A DNA stretch of 61,604 bases, counting the filler, from Choristocarpus tenellus KU-1152 (lineage: Eukaryota; Protista; Phaeophyceae), in the NCBI GenBank assembly GCA_964200185.2. It is 10 parts of 10 records of this genome, joined end to end, with 100 filler letters (N's around TTAATTAATTAA, not from the genome) between each part and the next. Parts side by side here need not be neighbours in the genome. Positions count along the whole stretch, not along the records: positions 48,127 to 61,604 come from CAXNAD020001480.1; 9 more parts are not named here. One strand, given 5' to 3'. Positions 48,200 to 61,604 of the stretch are shown here, in pieces (the stretch's first letter is position 1; every line of letters begins with the position of its first letter). The translations under genes and the position numbers were made by a program. The notes beneath the pieces are model-generated. The model made no database searches, was not told where the DNA came from, and saw only the letters and a program-made list of their open reading frames with translations.

Positions 48200-49900
48200 T
48201 CCTACCCCAACACCTAATCACAAGGTCGTCTTCTAACCACTTCCATCCCATCACACTGCACCACAACCTTCTACATTGCACACATGACCCCTCCCCACGT
48301 ATTCAAACCCACCTTGACTATCCATCTTACATCCCTCCCCCCCTACACTACCTACCTCAAACGCCTTTCCCTGCATACATAGGGGCGTACGGCAAATATC
48401 GGCATTGTAGCAGGGTTGGAAGCAGAGATGTCCTGTCACCCCACAGTACCATGTTCAAGAGGGCACAGGAATAGGTTGGCATGTTGGGGAACAGAAACAG
48501 AGGATTGTCAGAGATGCCAGAGGGGGTCAGGACGAGGGGGGTGAGATTGGGAAGTGACTGGGAGATATGCCTGACTGTACTTGGCACAGAGTGAGGGTCA
48601 TTGCTAAGGTTTGGGTTGAAGTCTACCAATTTGATTAGAGTTGCAATTTATATATTAAGGAAAACTGAAGTTCAGTGCTGTGGTACAGTCCTGCTTGGAG
48701 GGTCAGCCATAATGAATTCAGGTTGGAGGAGTCAGTACAATGAGAACCCACCTTGGGACAGCACCTCAAAAGTGTTTTGAATAGCCAGTGCAACCCACAC
48801 ATCCCCCAAATCACTGTTGAATCCCTCTTCTCCCCTCCCCAGTCCCTTTCCCTACACAAAGAACCAACAGTGACACCCACCTCCACAGTTGCATGTGACA
48901 TCAACATCCTGGTCTTCAACAACCGCAGCAAGGTGTTTGATACCACACCCACTGCATCTCTTACATCCATGCCACAGAAACAGCCACTAGTGTGTAGGCA
49001 AGACGTGAACATTGAAGGAATCACAGACAGTGGTGGAGGATTAGAATTGGGGAAGCATATGGTAGCAAAGCACCTAAGGGCACACTCTCTTTTACCTTCC
49101 ATGCAATGTCTACCCCTAACCCTTGCACCAAGCCAATAGAGTGCATTTTGAAGTACAATACCTACAACCAACCCTGTGCTACAGGAGTATATGAAGGGTT
49201 TGGCACCATCTATTGAACACTGGCACATACTTGTATCCCAACACAATAACATAACTACTTCATTTCCCCTATCTATTGTGGAAAGAAGGATCTTGTGGTA
49301 CGATTGCTGTTCTAGCAGCCAACCTTCACGTATAAACAAACAAATAATACGGCCCGCTACAACAGTGACCAGCTGAGTCAATGGGAATAAAAAATATCAT
49401 CACAGTTACTACACCCCAAAACCCTCCAAAAAGGACCTACCAACACATGCACATAATATGTACAAAACCAATTTAGAGACTTTCAATCTTGGCAAAGCAC
49501 AATGAATACAACCTTCTCAGACAGTTTGATGTTTGAACTGGGACCACTTCATGGAGCTCCTGGCGGTTGCACAGGGAGACAACACGCATACCAGTGCTCC
49601 TCACAACCCTCCCAGCTGTTTGATTGGAAAACCCTGCAAGAAACAGAACACAGCAATGTATTACCCATGGGGGGCGAGGAGCATGAAATTAACCCCTGTA
49701 CATTACCCACACCCCAATGCACGGTAGGAATAGAAAATGAACCATACAAAACGCAATTTGCACCTTTTCTGGACAGAACACTCACAGCTGGGCAGCAATG
49801 TTTCAATCATGCTTTACCAGATGTGTTCCTTCTTCTTCCCCTCCGCCCTTCCTGACCTTACCAGACTGGAGCGGCAGACATATCCCAAAAGTCAAACCGT
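48200..49900 (+). pseudogene. Degenerate non-LTR retrotransposon RT region
   Basis: QGWKQRCPVTP (~48411) resembles GxxQGCPLSP, with a YAxD-like remnant at ~48565; fragmented ORFs follow. Confidence 0.4.
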
Positions 49901-51703
49901 TATTGCAAGTCACTCATGGATACCTCCCCCTACATCAATAGATGCAACTCCCCTCTTGCCCATCCAATACATAAAACCAGTCATCACATACACACAGATA
50001 GTGGGGATAGTGGGGCAATTCACCTTCTGTTTCCACCCTCATCCAGTCTTCCTCTACCCCATCTCCAAATAATAACCACCAAACAATATTACAACTGTCA
50101 TATATCATTTCGCATTAATAAAACGATTCAGCCCATACGCAATGCAGAAAAGTAGAATCTTTCACCATCTCTCCCCTAACTACACCCTCATCACACACAC
50201 ACACAAAACCGTATCCTCACCGGGCAAGGGCGTGCTGATGGACAACCCAGTGTGTGGAGAATGACTGGTCCCTACTCCAAGACTTGCCCACCTCCTCCCC
50301 TGACCCCGCCCTGGTCCTTCATTGAGCGAGGCCATATGTGGGGAGGGCAATGCCCCCATTGCAACTTGTGCTGTAGTGTACAATAGCAGCTCCCTGGGGT
50401 TGTGGTCTACCCCAGACACCTTGGGCCCATACACCTGATGAGGGGGTAGATATTTTGGGCAAGTAGTTGGTGATTGGGGGCCGGGGACTGGCTCAGTTAC
50501 ACCAAACGATATATTCTTGTGGGGCAAAGACGGGGTAAAAGAGGAAGTAGGAATGAACAAAGTTGGATAAACATGGGAAAGGAGGGAGGGCAACACAAGA
50601 AGGAATTTACCATGAGTTGTGTGGGGAGATCAATGGGGAATGGCAGTTTGAGCAAGTAGGACATTAACTGAGCTCTTCAATCATGTTAGCCTGCTGGGTT
50701 TGCAAGGTCAAGTACTGTGGATCAGAGAATAAAAGATCCTAACCATGCAAAATCTCCCCATCCTTACCACTACCCATCACCCACAGCACCCAGAAGTCGT
50801 TCATATCATCCATTCATTCTCACAATAGATAGCATCTACACACAAAAATACAAACCTATTTCTTCTACTGTACAATACCAAAAAATATTCAAGTCTAGTC
50901 TTCATATCATACACGCATGCTCACATGTAATGGGAAACTATGTTTCCTACCTATACTGCACTTTCTGGGGGTGGCATAGTATGGGGGAATATATCAGTGA
51001 AAAGGTACTTAGCCTGCTGAATAAACACCCATGGCAAAGAGAGGGCAATTACACATCAGCCCTATATCTAAGCTTAACTCTGATCCTGACCCCAAATGGA
51101 GATCCTACAATAAACCCCGCATGGTCAATATCATAGACGACATATATAGGTGCTTCTTCGTTCCTCACTCACCACAGCCCTCTCCAGGAGAGAGGCATTC
51201 ACACAACCCCTTGCGGCAAGGCAATCCCACAAGCATGGGGTGGACTTCTCCTTCGCCGTGTCTGCCAAGCAATGAAGGGAACAAGGGGAGGCACAAGGTG
51301 TGTAGTTTTGGTGCAACATCTTTATGTGTAGGCACACACATGACCAGAGTTGGGAATAGTCAGACTTTGCGATTTCAAAACGGTTTCTAATATAGTATTT
51401 GCTCATCGCATGCAACTCATTCCTAGGATTATGGGGATATCATTTGTTCCATCAAGGATTGGGTAAAGTTGAATATTGTCTCAAGCAGGAAACGAGGAAC
51501 AGAGTAAGCGTAGGGTTAGGGTCAGAATCTCATGTACCCTGTGATTAAGAGACTATTCGATACTGTATTGATTGCATGGTTTGTAACTTGGTTTGGAAGC
51601 AAACTGCAGCTCTATCAGTTAGAATAGAGGGGATAGGGCTACAGAAACAAACGACATTCGGCGTTGTGTCACCCCCAGAGAACCAAATCTCATCGACAGT
51701 GTA

Positions 51704-52296
51704 TCAGTCATCTCCCTTCCGAGTACAGAAGCAATGTCTCTGGAAGCACAGACGACCCCCAACAGTTCCAAGCACAACCACATTTTCATCACCTTCTGCC
51801 GTCACCCCTTTACCCCTTCCTTCCACATCCGTCAGCTTGCCAATCACCCTCTCCATGGCCAACACCCTGATCTTCAGCCTGGAGAGAGATTCCATCAACT
51901 TCACCATAGTTTCGGGCACGGACTTGCATTCCTTGCCGTCTAGTCTGGCAAGGCAGGAATCGATACCCTCCAGCAGATCAATGGTGACCATCTCCTGGCG
52001 GTACCGCATGGGCTTTCCGGTGCGACCACCTGTCTCCAACCCCTCACCGAAGCTACTGTGGACTCCATGACCGCGAAAACTTTGTTCCACGAAGCCATTC
52101 TTATCTGGAAAGTGAGGCCAGCCGGCGCTGCATCTGCAGTAGCCGTAATCATCGTAGATGAGCAATCCCAAGACAAGTTCGAGGTTGTGTTTGAAATATG
52201 TTGGTTAAGGATGTAGAAAGTATTCAAAAGTTGGTAGCGACATATGGCGCCGCTCCTGGGCGCTATGGGTGCTTCATGTGGCTCTGGGCCCTAAAA
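51704..52296 (-). mobile_element. Copia-like 5' leader and gag fragment
   Basis: TTTAGGGCCCAG resembles the copia half-tRNAiMet PBS GGTTATGGGCCCAG; leader shared with 58245-58385; 155-aa gag-like ORF. Confidence 0.45.
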
Positions 52297-54006
52297 CAAT
52301 GAGGTTGGAGAATGTTGTATGTTGAGAGGGATAAGAATACCACCACTGTATTCACTCCTGTTTTTGTTTGTGGAAAATCGTCTCACACAAGTATTGTAGC
52401 AGTAGTATTTCCCACACGTACTGGGACGAATTAGTCGTCTGCCCGACACATTATTTTCGGTTTCCACCAGATTGGCTCAACCCATCTTGACAGACCTGGT
52501 CTGACTGAACGGTCTTTTTCATCAGGGGTGTCAGAGATTTGAACATTTTTGTGCCAAAGGGAGTCATGGATCGGCCTTGAAATTATAAGTTCCACAAAGA
52601 TCGGTCCAGGGTCGTGAGAGAGTGTATAGTGGGTCCGGGCCTGCCACTCACTCCACCTAACTGCTGTTAACAGGCCCAGTAGAAGTCCTGACATACCACT
52701 ACCACAATACTGTGATACATAATGGTAAGCGTCCCATACATTGCATAGAAACACTGACTGGCTGACTGGGCGGGGGGGAGGGCTACTGTGGTTGAACCTT
52801 TTAACGAGGAAACTCGATGAGCGACTAAAATAGCAACAAGATATCATACATCACACAACTGCATGGTACTACTACTGTATGGCGTAGCTGCTGGTTGTCT
52901 GCAATTGACTGACATTGTACACCACGACTATGTGGTAATATTATTGTTTTGTCATACTCGCGTGTCATATTGTGCATCATACATGTACATGTAAGAGTGA
53001 GGTTCCTGATGACGGGAGGGGGCTGCAAGCACGCATATCGATGATACATAATAGAGAGAAGTAAATGTGTATCTACATTCAGCACATCCCCCTCAAAGCA
53101 CATCTTCATATTGACCGAGCCACACAGAGTGCACGATTGATTTATTCATTCACTGAATCCTTAGTTATTTGATTATCACACATTGTTTTGATGCATGATG
53201 CAACGATAATCCGACATTTGGCAAGTTTTGTGATGGAGAAAAGACGGCAGACAATATGCTTAGACTCACAGTCGGGGAGGTAAAATAGAAAAAGAGAGAA
53301 GGAAACATAAATTAACTGACTAAAAGAGGGAATAAATACTTCAAGAATGTAGAAAAGTCTAGAAAGAAAGAGAACAAAAGATATAAATTACATTTGAAAA
53401 AGCACAAATACAATATAAAGGGAAGAATACAAATATTTCTCCTCTTGATGAAGAAAAGACAAGAAATTCCAGCAACAATCAAGTACAAAGAGATGAACGA
53501 ATAGACAACACACCGTTCATGTGGTCTGCAACAACTAACTCCACACCATGAATTATTGTTATGCCCTCTGACATTTTCCAGACGTGTCAAGGGAAAAAAC
53601 AATGAAAACTATTCACATGTCAGAAAAAACCCAAAACACGTATCAGTTTTGATAAATGCCATATCATCGCGAAATTGCAGTATTTACATAATACCGAGGG
53701 TTTGCTCATTGCGTGATCAGTCATTAACTTTCTTCAATCACAATTGTGTTTGCTCTGGAGCTGGTTATCTGGTTGAGTTGCCACTATGTAGTACAATATC
53801 AGAGGGAGTGTTTAATCGTACAGCTGTTTCATGGTGCTGGCTGAATGAGGGCAAAGAGACAGCCGACAAAATAATATTTACAATACAGATTTATACCAAA
53901 TGCACGAGGTATGTAAACAGCACCCCAGACAATCTCCATCACCTGTTTTGAGAGACACATGGCAGGATGCCACGAGAAGGATGATGTAGCACTACCCAAG
54001 TGTTTA

Positions 54007-54265
54007 GAGTCACAGCATTTGAGAGGGTAGGAATTTTGCCCCTTTTTGTCGGTTCAGGACTTGGCTTCCCACCGATTTTTAATGCCCCCTTTTTGGTTTT
54101 CTGTGTGAACACATTTACCTAAATGTACATGACTATGAAAGGTATGTCCGGAGCAAGGATATTGATACTTGGTAACAAACACGATAGCCAAAATGAATCA
54201 AAATCGCAACATTGGATTTATGACCCCAAACGGACGTGGCCCTACCCTCTTAAATGGTTTGGCTC
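54007..54265 (-). mobile_element. Older family-A MITE
   Basis: Diverged reverse copy; flanks TTA/TTA. Confidence 0.85.
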
Positions 54266-57200
54266 TTATACATCGTACATTAGGAGACTCCCTAGATTGA
54301 ACAGCAGCTCTTCCTTTTCCCCACTTATCAACCGCATCATACTACAGTCTTCTTCGACTGAGAAGTGAGCTAACATGACTGATGAATACTGGAATCCACA
54401 TTCACTTTGACCCAACAGAAACACATTATCATTCAGCACAACCTAAGACACACGGCACCTATTCCATAGAGTAATATCTAACAGAGCTTCGAACTCCCTA
54501 GACCTCACCCGTTGGGACCTTCTGGTGGTAATTCCAGATCCCGACGTCCTATTCGTTCTCGAAAAACGTTGCTGTGACCAAAGACGAGCGTTGGGGGCGG
54601 GATAGAAATGTTGTGTGCACGTGTGCGTATGTGTCATAGAGGCAGGGCGCATGGGGGTCACAAGACACGGGAGGAGATACTAAGAGGGGGGTTACGTGGA
54701 TACATGAGAGCTGAGTTGCGAGGGACTGGAATAATCCAACCCTTGGGACAATCATGGACGGACATGAGGAACATGGGATGTTGTTGGAGGGTGTCTTGCG
54801 GAATGAGCGATCGAATATTCGGTAGAGCTTCTTACCTCCTTCCCCACGTTGCAACCCTACCCTGTGGGTTTTTCTGTTGGAACCTCCTGTTCATTCCCAG
54901 AAGTGACTGTCGTCCTGTCGATGGATTGTGGAGATCACGAGTCAGGCAAGGAGAGGTGGCGGAGAAGGGCGTGACTTTCCCACCTAAGACACACTCCTCT
55001 CTCCACAGAGAAAATTATGATGGCAGATCCGTCTGAAAAAATAACCCTCAAAAAGCATTTGGAATATGTGCACTAGGGGGGAAAAGGAAACTACGTCGGT
55101 GATAGACAAAACGTGCACGGGTAGGGGAGGCCTTCCAGATAGTCAGATCGCCGTACCCAAGCAATCAATGTTGAGTTGGACAAAAAGTACAACGACGAAT
55201 CTATTTTGTTCTGAAGTTAGTCTCCAAGAGTCACGAAGGGTTGGGAATTTCGTTTTCATCAGACCGCTAGCTTCTCAGACCGACCACCATGGGAGGAACT
55301 AATTGCTTTCACTCCAGATATGACAAGAATCTCCTCATCGGATGAGGCGTTGTCTAGGAGCCCATTTAGCTAGAACAACTTTGCGGAACCAATCGAGGCA
55401 CCGCTCAGGATGAAAAAGGTATGAGGGTAAGGATCCCTACGCTTACCTTGACTTGGAGGCATTTGATCGTTGAAGCTAGGCATATTCCACCCCACGCCCT
55501 ATTTTGTGACAACAACAAAGGATGAGGTGAGACGTTATATTTTAAGTTCCCCCTCGCGCAGCAAAACTTTCCCCTCGCGCGTCTACAGGAATTTTCTCAG
55601 TATTTCCAACATCAACCCCTTTCACCTACTCATCCCCAAGCAATATCTACGGGTACTCTTCCCACAATATCCTAGCCGAGTCTTAGGATACCATCTATCG
55701 AAGTACTATTTCTGCGCAACCTTTTGAGTCGCATTTGAAACTAGAAGTTCTAGCAACTCCGAATTTGTATCCTCCTCATTTATCTACTGAAACATAGGCA
55801 GACAGCAGAGGTTGTTGTCTGCAAGCGTATGAAAGGAAATTATGGAAGGTCTAGGGCACTCGTTAACTTAATCGATCGACCATATCCTCTGTCCTGACTG
55901 CCTTCTAACGCGCACGTGTAGCTTGGTTACGCCAAGCGGGGGGCTCCCAAGTGATGCTCCATCCACTACCTATTAGTGAGTTGACATGATTTTGCTAGTT
56001 AGTTCATGCTCCATTCGGCATGCTGTTCTGCGTGTTCTTGAACATGAATGCCACCTAGCCTCCTCCAACCCCCTACTTCTTCCCCCTTCCAAGCACTTCC
56101 TTGGTCCAATACTCACGCCTACCCCGACATGTTTTCCGGTTGTACGTTCACCCTCCTCCCCACCTCTTACTTGTTGCACACGCCTTCTTTCGATGGAAAA
56201 GGAATCTGCGCATTTTAGTGCGTGGAGATGTGCAGCGTAAATCGCCGTGGGTTTGAGGGAGGTCGTCTCAGCCCAGGGACAAGCTGCAATGTTGCCTCTG
56301 AGATGGAAGTGGATGAAGCTTGCGTGAGCTCAACGTGAAGGAAGTTTGAGGTCTGTTGTTGGAAATGTACCTTGTAATTCACCAATTACCCTGGTTGACA
56401 TTTTAACTGCGGTGTCGTTGTCTGCGTTGGTATATTCAAGGCGTTGTGTAGTGCAGGGTAGCGGGTGATGTGCAAGTGAGTGGGCCTACTGTAGAGTGTG
56501 TGCATGGCTTGGGATAGTACATGTTTGGGGTATGTGGTAATGGCTCCTTCGTCCCTCACCTTGTATGGCGTGCGCTCAGTTGGTTGTGTATATTTTATTG
56601 ATTGCAGGTGGTATCTATTTGAATATATTCGTGTTATGCAGTAGGTGTACGGTGGTGGCTGGAGCTGAGTGTCTCTTGTCCGTCCTTGAGTTTCGTACTC
56701 GCCAAGATTTCTTGGTATTTCTTGTCAACAGTGCAACGCCCCAATAAATATTGAATTTCCGTTGTTTCCTTGAAGTTCTATGCGAGCCAAATCTGCTGAG
56801 AGCAGCTTCAGTTCAAGTGGAGCAATGAACACGCTTTCATCCATTTGGTTCAATTCTCTCTTTTCACCGGTTGTGTTTTTTTTTGTGAGAAATGTTTGTC
56901 CCATCTAGACTTGTCATTCAACAGTATGCCAATGATGTGTACAGTGCACTAACTGCAGTACGCCAGGGTCTAAACAATGAATATATTGTATGGTATGTGC
57001 CAACAGTATTTTTGAAGAAGTACAGTTCAGTATCATGTCTATTGTTTGAGCAATATGTACACTACATTTTAGTCTTTTTTATTTTTAATACCATGATACG
57101 ATATGGTAAAGCCATGCCACGATATTTTGATATTTGGATGGTATGGAGCCGTAATTGTGTGTATTTTATTTGCTATATTTATTTTATTTTATATTTCTCA

Positions 57201-58099
57201 AGAATTTCTTTATGTTCTTGGACAAGAAGGAGTTAGATCTGGGGAATTGGTGCACACAATGGTTGTTGAAAGTAGAATTTATTTTTATTGTTTGGACGGT
57301 GGTGGTGCAGATATGAATTTGTTACATGGTAGGCAGTAATTTTAACATTGTATGGCTCTGTCCGCAAATGGTTTTAGCTGGGGAAATTTTATTTTCCAAA
57401 CTGGTACTCTCAATATACGTCCCCCGAATTTAGCAGTGGGCGACTTATCTGGTCAAACATAACAAACCCTCCCCTACAGTGGAAAAACAAACACTAAATA
57501 GTAATGATGGGCACCTTGCAAGAAGAGCAAAGCAAAAGCGATAGAAGACTTTTTTTTTCTAATTGGTCCAAATCACAGAAAACAAGAGTAGTACTTTGAC
57601 TTCTACAAGAAGATTGATAGCTTCAATCCTCAGGTACTACACCCAAGTTAGACCATACCAATTTAGGTATCTTTGTTGGGTAGACTGTACCTTGTTATGG
57701 TAGAAGCAATGTACTGCTATGTATTGTATGGAGCTAGGTGGGTCAGTTAAGAGCTTAAATTATCATCATTGACAGTGTGAGTAGTGATGTTGAATCCTCT
57801 TAAGGCGTGTTTTGAACATATCTCAGTGTGGTAACCCATGCCTTGAAATGATCTGGTAAGAAGTCTGGTTGTTGTACCCCTAATTGTTTTAATGCCAGTA
57901 CAAACCTCAGCCAATGAATGAGGGCCTAAGCAATTTAGAGGTAAAAGTTGGTTCATTTTATGGATCCCAATGAGGGGAAAGAAGACGAGGTCTTGTAGAA
58001 ATACAGAAAGAGCCTTTGCTTGATTGTAGTGTCACTTTGTATGTGGAAATGAGGAATATCAATTTTGTGTACACTATTGTGCATATAGACCCAACTAGG

Positions 58100-58386
58100 T
58101 AGAGTGTTTTGCACAGGGTAGCAAAGATGGCTTAGAATGATAAAGGGATCTTTTGCTTTAAAAGATGGCTTCACATGATAGAAAGTGATCTACCCTACCA
58201 ACGCTACATTGACAGTGGCAGTGTTTGTCACCAATGGACGATCCAAAGACAAGTTGGAGGTTGTGGGTAGACCAAGTATCAGCAATGTTGGTTAAGGACA
58301 GTTCTACTTACAGAAAGTGTAAAGTTTGGTGAGATCTTTTACGCTCCTGGGTGCTATGGATATTCTCCATATAGCTCTGGGCCTTA
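58100..58386 (-). mobile_element. Second copy of the copia-like 5' leader
   Basis: AGACAAGTT.GAGGTTGTG, ATGTTGGTTAAGGA, CGCTCCTGGG.GCTATGG and GCTCTGGGCC are shared with 52170-52291. Confidence 0.5.
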
Positions 58387-59639
58387 TGAGTATGGTGGAT
58401 CCAGTACAGAACATTGTGAGGACCATCTTCCAACTAAAGAACACCTTTAAGGTGACCTATCTTGAAGATGTGTTGTTCATATAGCATCTGTTTTTGGTAT
58501 GTCGAAGTTATCATCTGCTTGAAGTAAATATTGAGTGGTTTGAGAGGGCCTTGCACACCCCCTCATTCACTTTTTCACTTGTTAACTCTTTCTCGAGCAA
58601 TCTTCTGGGGTATAGCTTTCCCTCTTGCCTTGTCTCTCTCCATTTATTTCTTCCTGTGGGTCTTCCCACTCCCCTTCAGTCTGAAGAACATGTCAGCCTG
58701 TTTCCATCTGTTTCACATCATACTCCTACTAGTGCTGTTGTTGTACTACTATAGTCCAAAAACACCAATTTGGGAGACTGCCTGTCCTGATACAACCTTT
58801 GACGACCCTGAACAATCACGATACACTTACGATTATGTATAATCTTTAACGTATGATGCTAAATACGAGAGGTCACCCTTCATACGTATACATATATATA
58901 TATATACCCAAGTACAGCATAGGGTTTTTTTGTCATACCTATGTGAATGTACTTCCACACAGGCAAGGAGCAGACGTTTTTGTGCACACGTCAATGACTC
59001 ATGTACTTTTGGTGCATGAGTCACTTCCATCTGTATCTTCTTGTGCCGACACCGTTGATGTGTTGAAAGCTGCCCTGGAGCGTCACTAGCACCTTTGAGA
59101 ATCACCAGCATAATATGTACACAGTAGTAGTGCAAGTATATCTCCTCTCGCTTTTGAGATATAGAATCATACGTCACTGTTATCGGCCAGAGAGTGCCAT
59201 CTTAAACACACATAATCAAATCAGTGGAGGTTTCTATATCCCACATCATTATTCAAATGGCTACAGTATGTATTTCCTGACAGACCAGAAAAAAACTTTA
59301 AAAAGAGGTTTCTGCACATTTGGATGAGTTTTGTAGAAACGTACGTAGGATTTGTCCATACCTACTACGGTGAATTTCATCTGACATACATGCTTCCATA
59401 TGTATGGAACGCCTTAGCCTTAAACCATGTCTGCCCACAGCCTGGTCCAGATGAAAACCCTGACCGTCCTGGACTTGCTTGTTGAGCATATTTCAATGGA
59501 TTAGGCCTGGGGCCTGTTCGAATTTTGGCATCCCTGGATCGTCTCTTAAAATCGTGTTTCACCAGGACCAGCCCACGGCCCCATTCCGTCATATACTTAC
59601 TTGAACAGGTGAAAAGCCCTGATTAATTACGTTAGTAAA

Positions 59640-60025
59640 AATGCAATATTTCGATCCCAACTTCTTCACCCTAGGTCCAATTTTCCCTCAATTAACTCTA
59701 ATCCTGTCCTTGACCATGCTGCCAACCTTCGTCCTGATCTTACTTAATAAGCCCTTGAAACTGTAGCCTTAACCCTAACCTTGACCTTGAAAACCTAGGC
59801 CGAACCTTGACAGTTAAACCCCAATTTTCTTACCTGAACCCTAACCCTAGCCCTAAACCCTTGCATCAGACTTGGACTTTCCCTAAACTCTGCACCCGGT
59901 ACCAAAATCTGTTGTTGGCTTTTAGTACAAGTACCACATTGAGCAAATAAGTGTACCCTGCAAAGTTTCCCGGAGCTTTTATTACTAACCTTCTATGTCC
60001 CTAACCCGCGCAAACCCCTAAACCT
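59640..60025 (+). repeat. Degenerate CCCTAA-derived interstitial telomere-like tract
   Basis: AACCCTAACC, CCCTAACCCTAGCCCTAAACCC and many hexamer variants. Confidence 0.6.
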
Positions 60026-60282
60026 CCATTATACAGTCTCTCCAATTATAGTATCAAGTGACCCACATTAAATAATATATTTTGAGATATGTATATCAGC
60101 GGTTATAGAGGATGCCGTGTCGTAGAGGTTGCCAAAACACTTTTGAACGAACTAGCTATGAAATGAGGTTGCCTTCTAATTTAGAGTGCCTAGGTATCAT
60201 GTAAAAAAGAGAACAGTATGTATCAGTAAGAATTATTACACCAACAAGAACAAGTAGTAATCATTTAAGGCTTATGAGTTTT

Positions 60283-60539
60283 GAGTGAAAGTATCTTAGA
60301 GGGTACGAGTTTTGCCCTGTTTGTCCATTTGGGGCTTGACTTCCCTTGGGATTTTTATTATATTTTCCTACTCGAAAAAATTCGGAGTAGGTAAAATGTA
60401 CACGTTATGAAAAAGTGTGTCCGGAATAAGGATATTGACACTTCTTAACAAACGCGATAGCCAAAATTACATCGAAATCGCAACATTGGATTTTGGCCCC
60501 CAAATGGACGCAGCTCTACCCTCTAAGATACTTTGGCTC
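60283..60539 (-). mobile_element. Family-A MITE
   Basis: Full TIRs; no clean TSD. Confidence 0.92.
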
Positions 60540-60594
60540 AGTCCATTTTGGAACGCGCAATAGTATATGACCGCACGTCTTATGCACAAGTAAG

Positions 60595-61456
60595 TGTTGT
60601 GTCGAAGATCCCAAAAAAGGAACCTGTACCTGACAATTCGATTTGTTTTGATACGATTACAGCATCGTCAGCTCACACTGAATGCTGGTTCGTCCATCGT
60701 ACTGGTCGCTATTCCCATTCCCATCATTAGTTCATCATCACACTTTGCTCAACCACTGTAAGTACGTAACAGTGGATAGAAACCATAGGAACAGTCGCTG
60801 TCTATCATACACACATACTATGAGGGATATTAGTTATGTTCAATATGGATTCAAGGTTGCCTTCTTGTTTCTTCTTTGTTTTTACTTCTTCATCTCCATG
60901 ACGCAAGTTATCAGTTGCATAGGATATGTTGGTTATTATTTTTACTTGACTGGCATTACCCCATCGAAAGCCATCCATCACTCTTCTGCAAGACGTATAA
61001 GACACACACGGGGATGCAATATAAACAGAGTTAAAACCATCCTTCGAAACCCTTCTCTGTCAAGGAGACAACCCTCTTCACAGAGGATGATTTTCTTCAT
61101 TTGAATGTCTCAATGAATGGCCACACAGTTTCTACCAATCACCGTCTGCTTGAGTACAATATGCTATAGACACATCAGTACCCTTGTCACTTCAACCAAA
61201 GTCTGATCGAGTAAGACATCCCTTCAGACACATCAAACCGTATCCGCAGGTGTCTTGTTGCACTATGACACACGCTTGTCTCTAATCATGCTAATTACAA
61301 CATAGCCAAAACATACCTTCACTTCGAATACTGTCTGACTGAACACAATATGTCATCAGACCTACCAGAACAAATTCACCAGTGCTTTGTTGCGCTATGA
61401 CCTCCTTCGTCACAAATCACAACAACACACAACTCATACGAAATCAGGTTTCAATA
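60595..61456. mobile_element. Solo-LTR-like copy (862 bp) of the same LTR family
   Basis: TGTTG...TCAATA termini; colinear with 26789-27643; flanked by TAAG/TAAG. Confidence 0.75.
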
Positions 61457-61539
61457 TAAGTCACGCGTGTGTGTGCTCACAGAAAGTCTGGAAAAGGTGT
61501 TAAAATGATCTCCGGAAGTCTTGCTTATATTTTGGTATT

Positions 61540-61604
61540 GACTGAAAGTATCTTAGAGGGTACGAATTTTGCCCTGTTTGTCCATTTGGGGCTTGACTTC
61601 CCAT
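61540..61604 (-). mobile_element. Family-A MITE, truncated by the window end
   Basis: GACTGAAAGTATCTTAGAGGGTACGAATTTTGCCCTGTTTGTCCATTTGGGG. Confidence 0.9.

Noticed and set aside
54608-55036. CHxxxAHGGHKT resembling a gypsy integrase zinc finger
   Set aside because: No following CxxC or integrase core was found.
1-61604. Fanzor/TnpB, tRNA or rRNA genes
   Set aside because: No RuvC/zinc-finger motif set, cloverleaf or rRNA signature was recognised by eye; covariance and HMM searches would be needed to exclude degenerate copies.

Overview
Eukaryotic, TE-rich draft-genome sequence. The spliceosomal introns, P450 and RTE-LINE motifs and scattered CCCTAA repeats suggest a stramenopile, probably a brown alga; this is an inference. 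The window is ten contigs joined by artificial 100-bp spacers (N44-TTAATTAATTAA-N44), so linkage across gaps is unproven. Host genes, mostly partial: a TFIIA large-subunit-like C-terminal exon, a long RS/RD low-complexity gene divergent from an RRP14/SURF6 gene, a cytochrome P450 5' end, a coiled-coil gene with two GC-AG introns, and an N-acylated PP2C. Mobile DNA dominates: Ty1/copia relics, three copies of an ~860-bp LTR (one a clean solo LTR with a 5-bp TSD nested in a copia pol), a gypsy-like 5' end, LINE relics and a hAT-type MITE. The most structured signal is a Sola2-like DNA-transposon system. It has nine ~258-bp MITEs with GAG...CTC consensus ends, related MITE subfamilies sharing a bipartite TIR, and Sola2-like transposase relics, one hit by the MITE itself. 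The MITEs appear to make both 3-bp and 4-bp TSDs. Also notable are a 177-bp-arm foldback of copia integrase and a compact pair of decaying orphan genes that may be virus-derived. No CRISPR array, rRNA or tRNA gene was seen.
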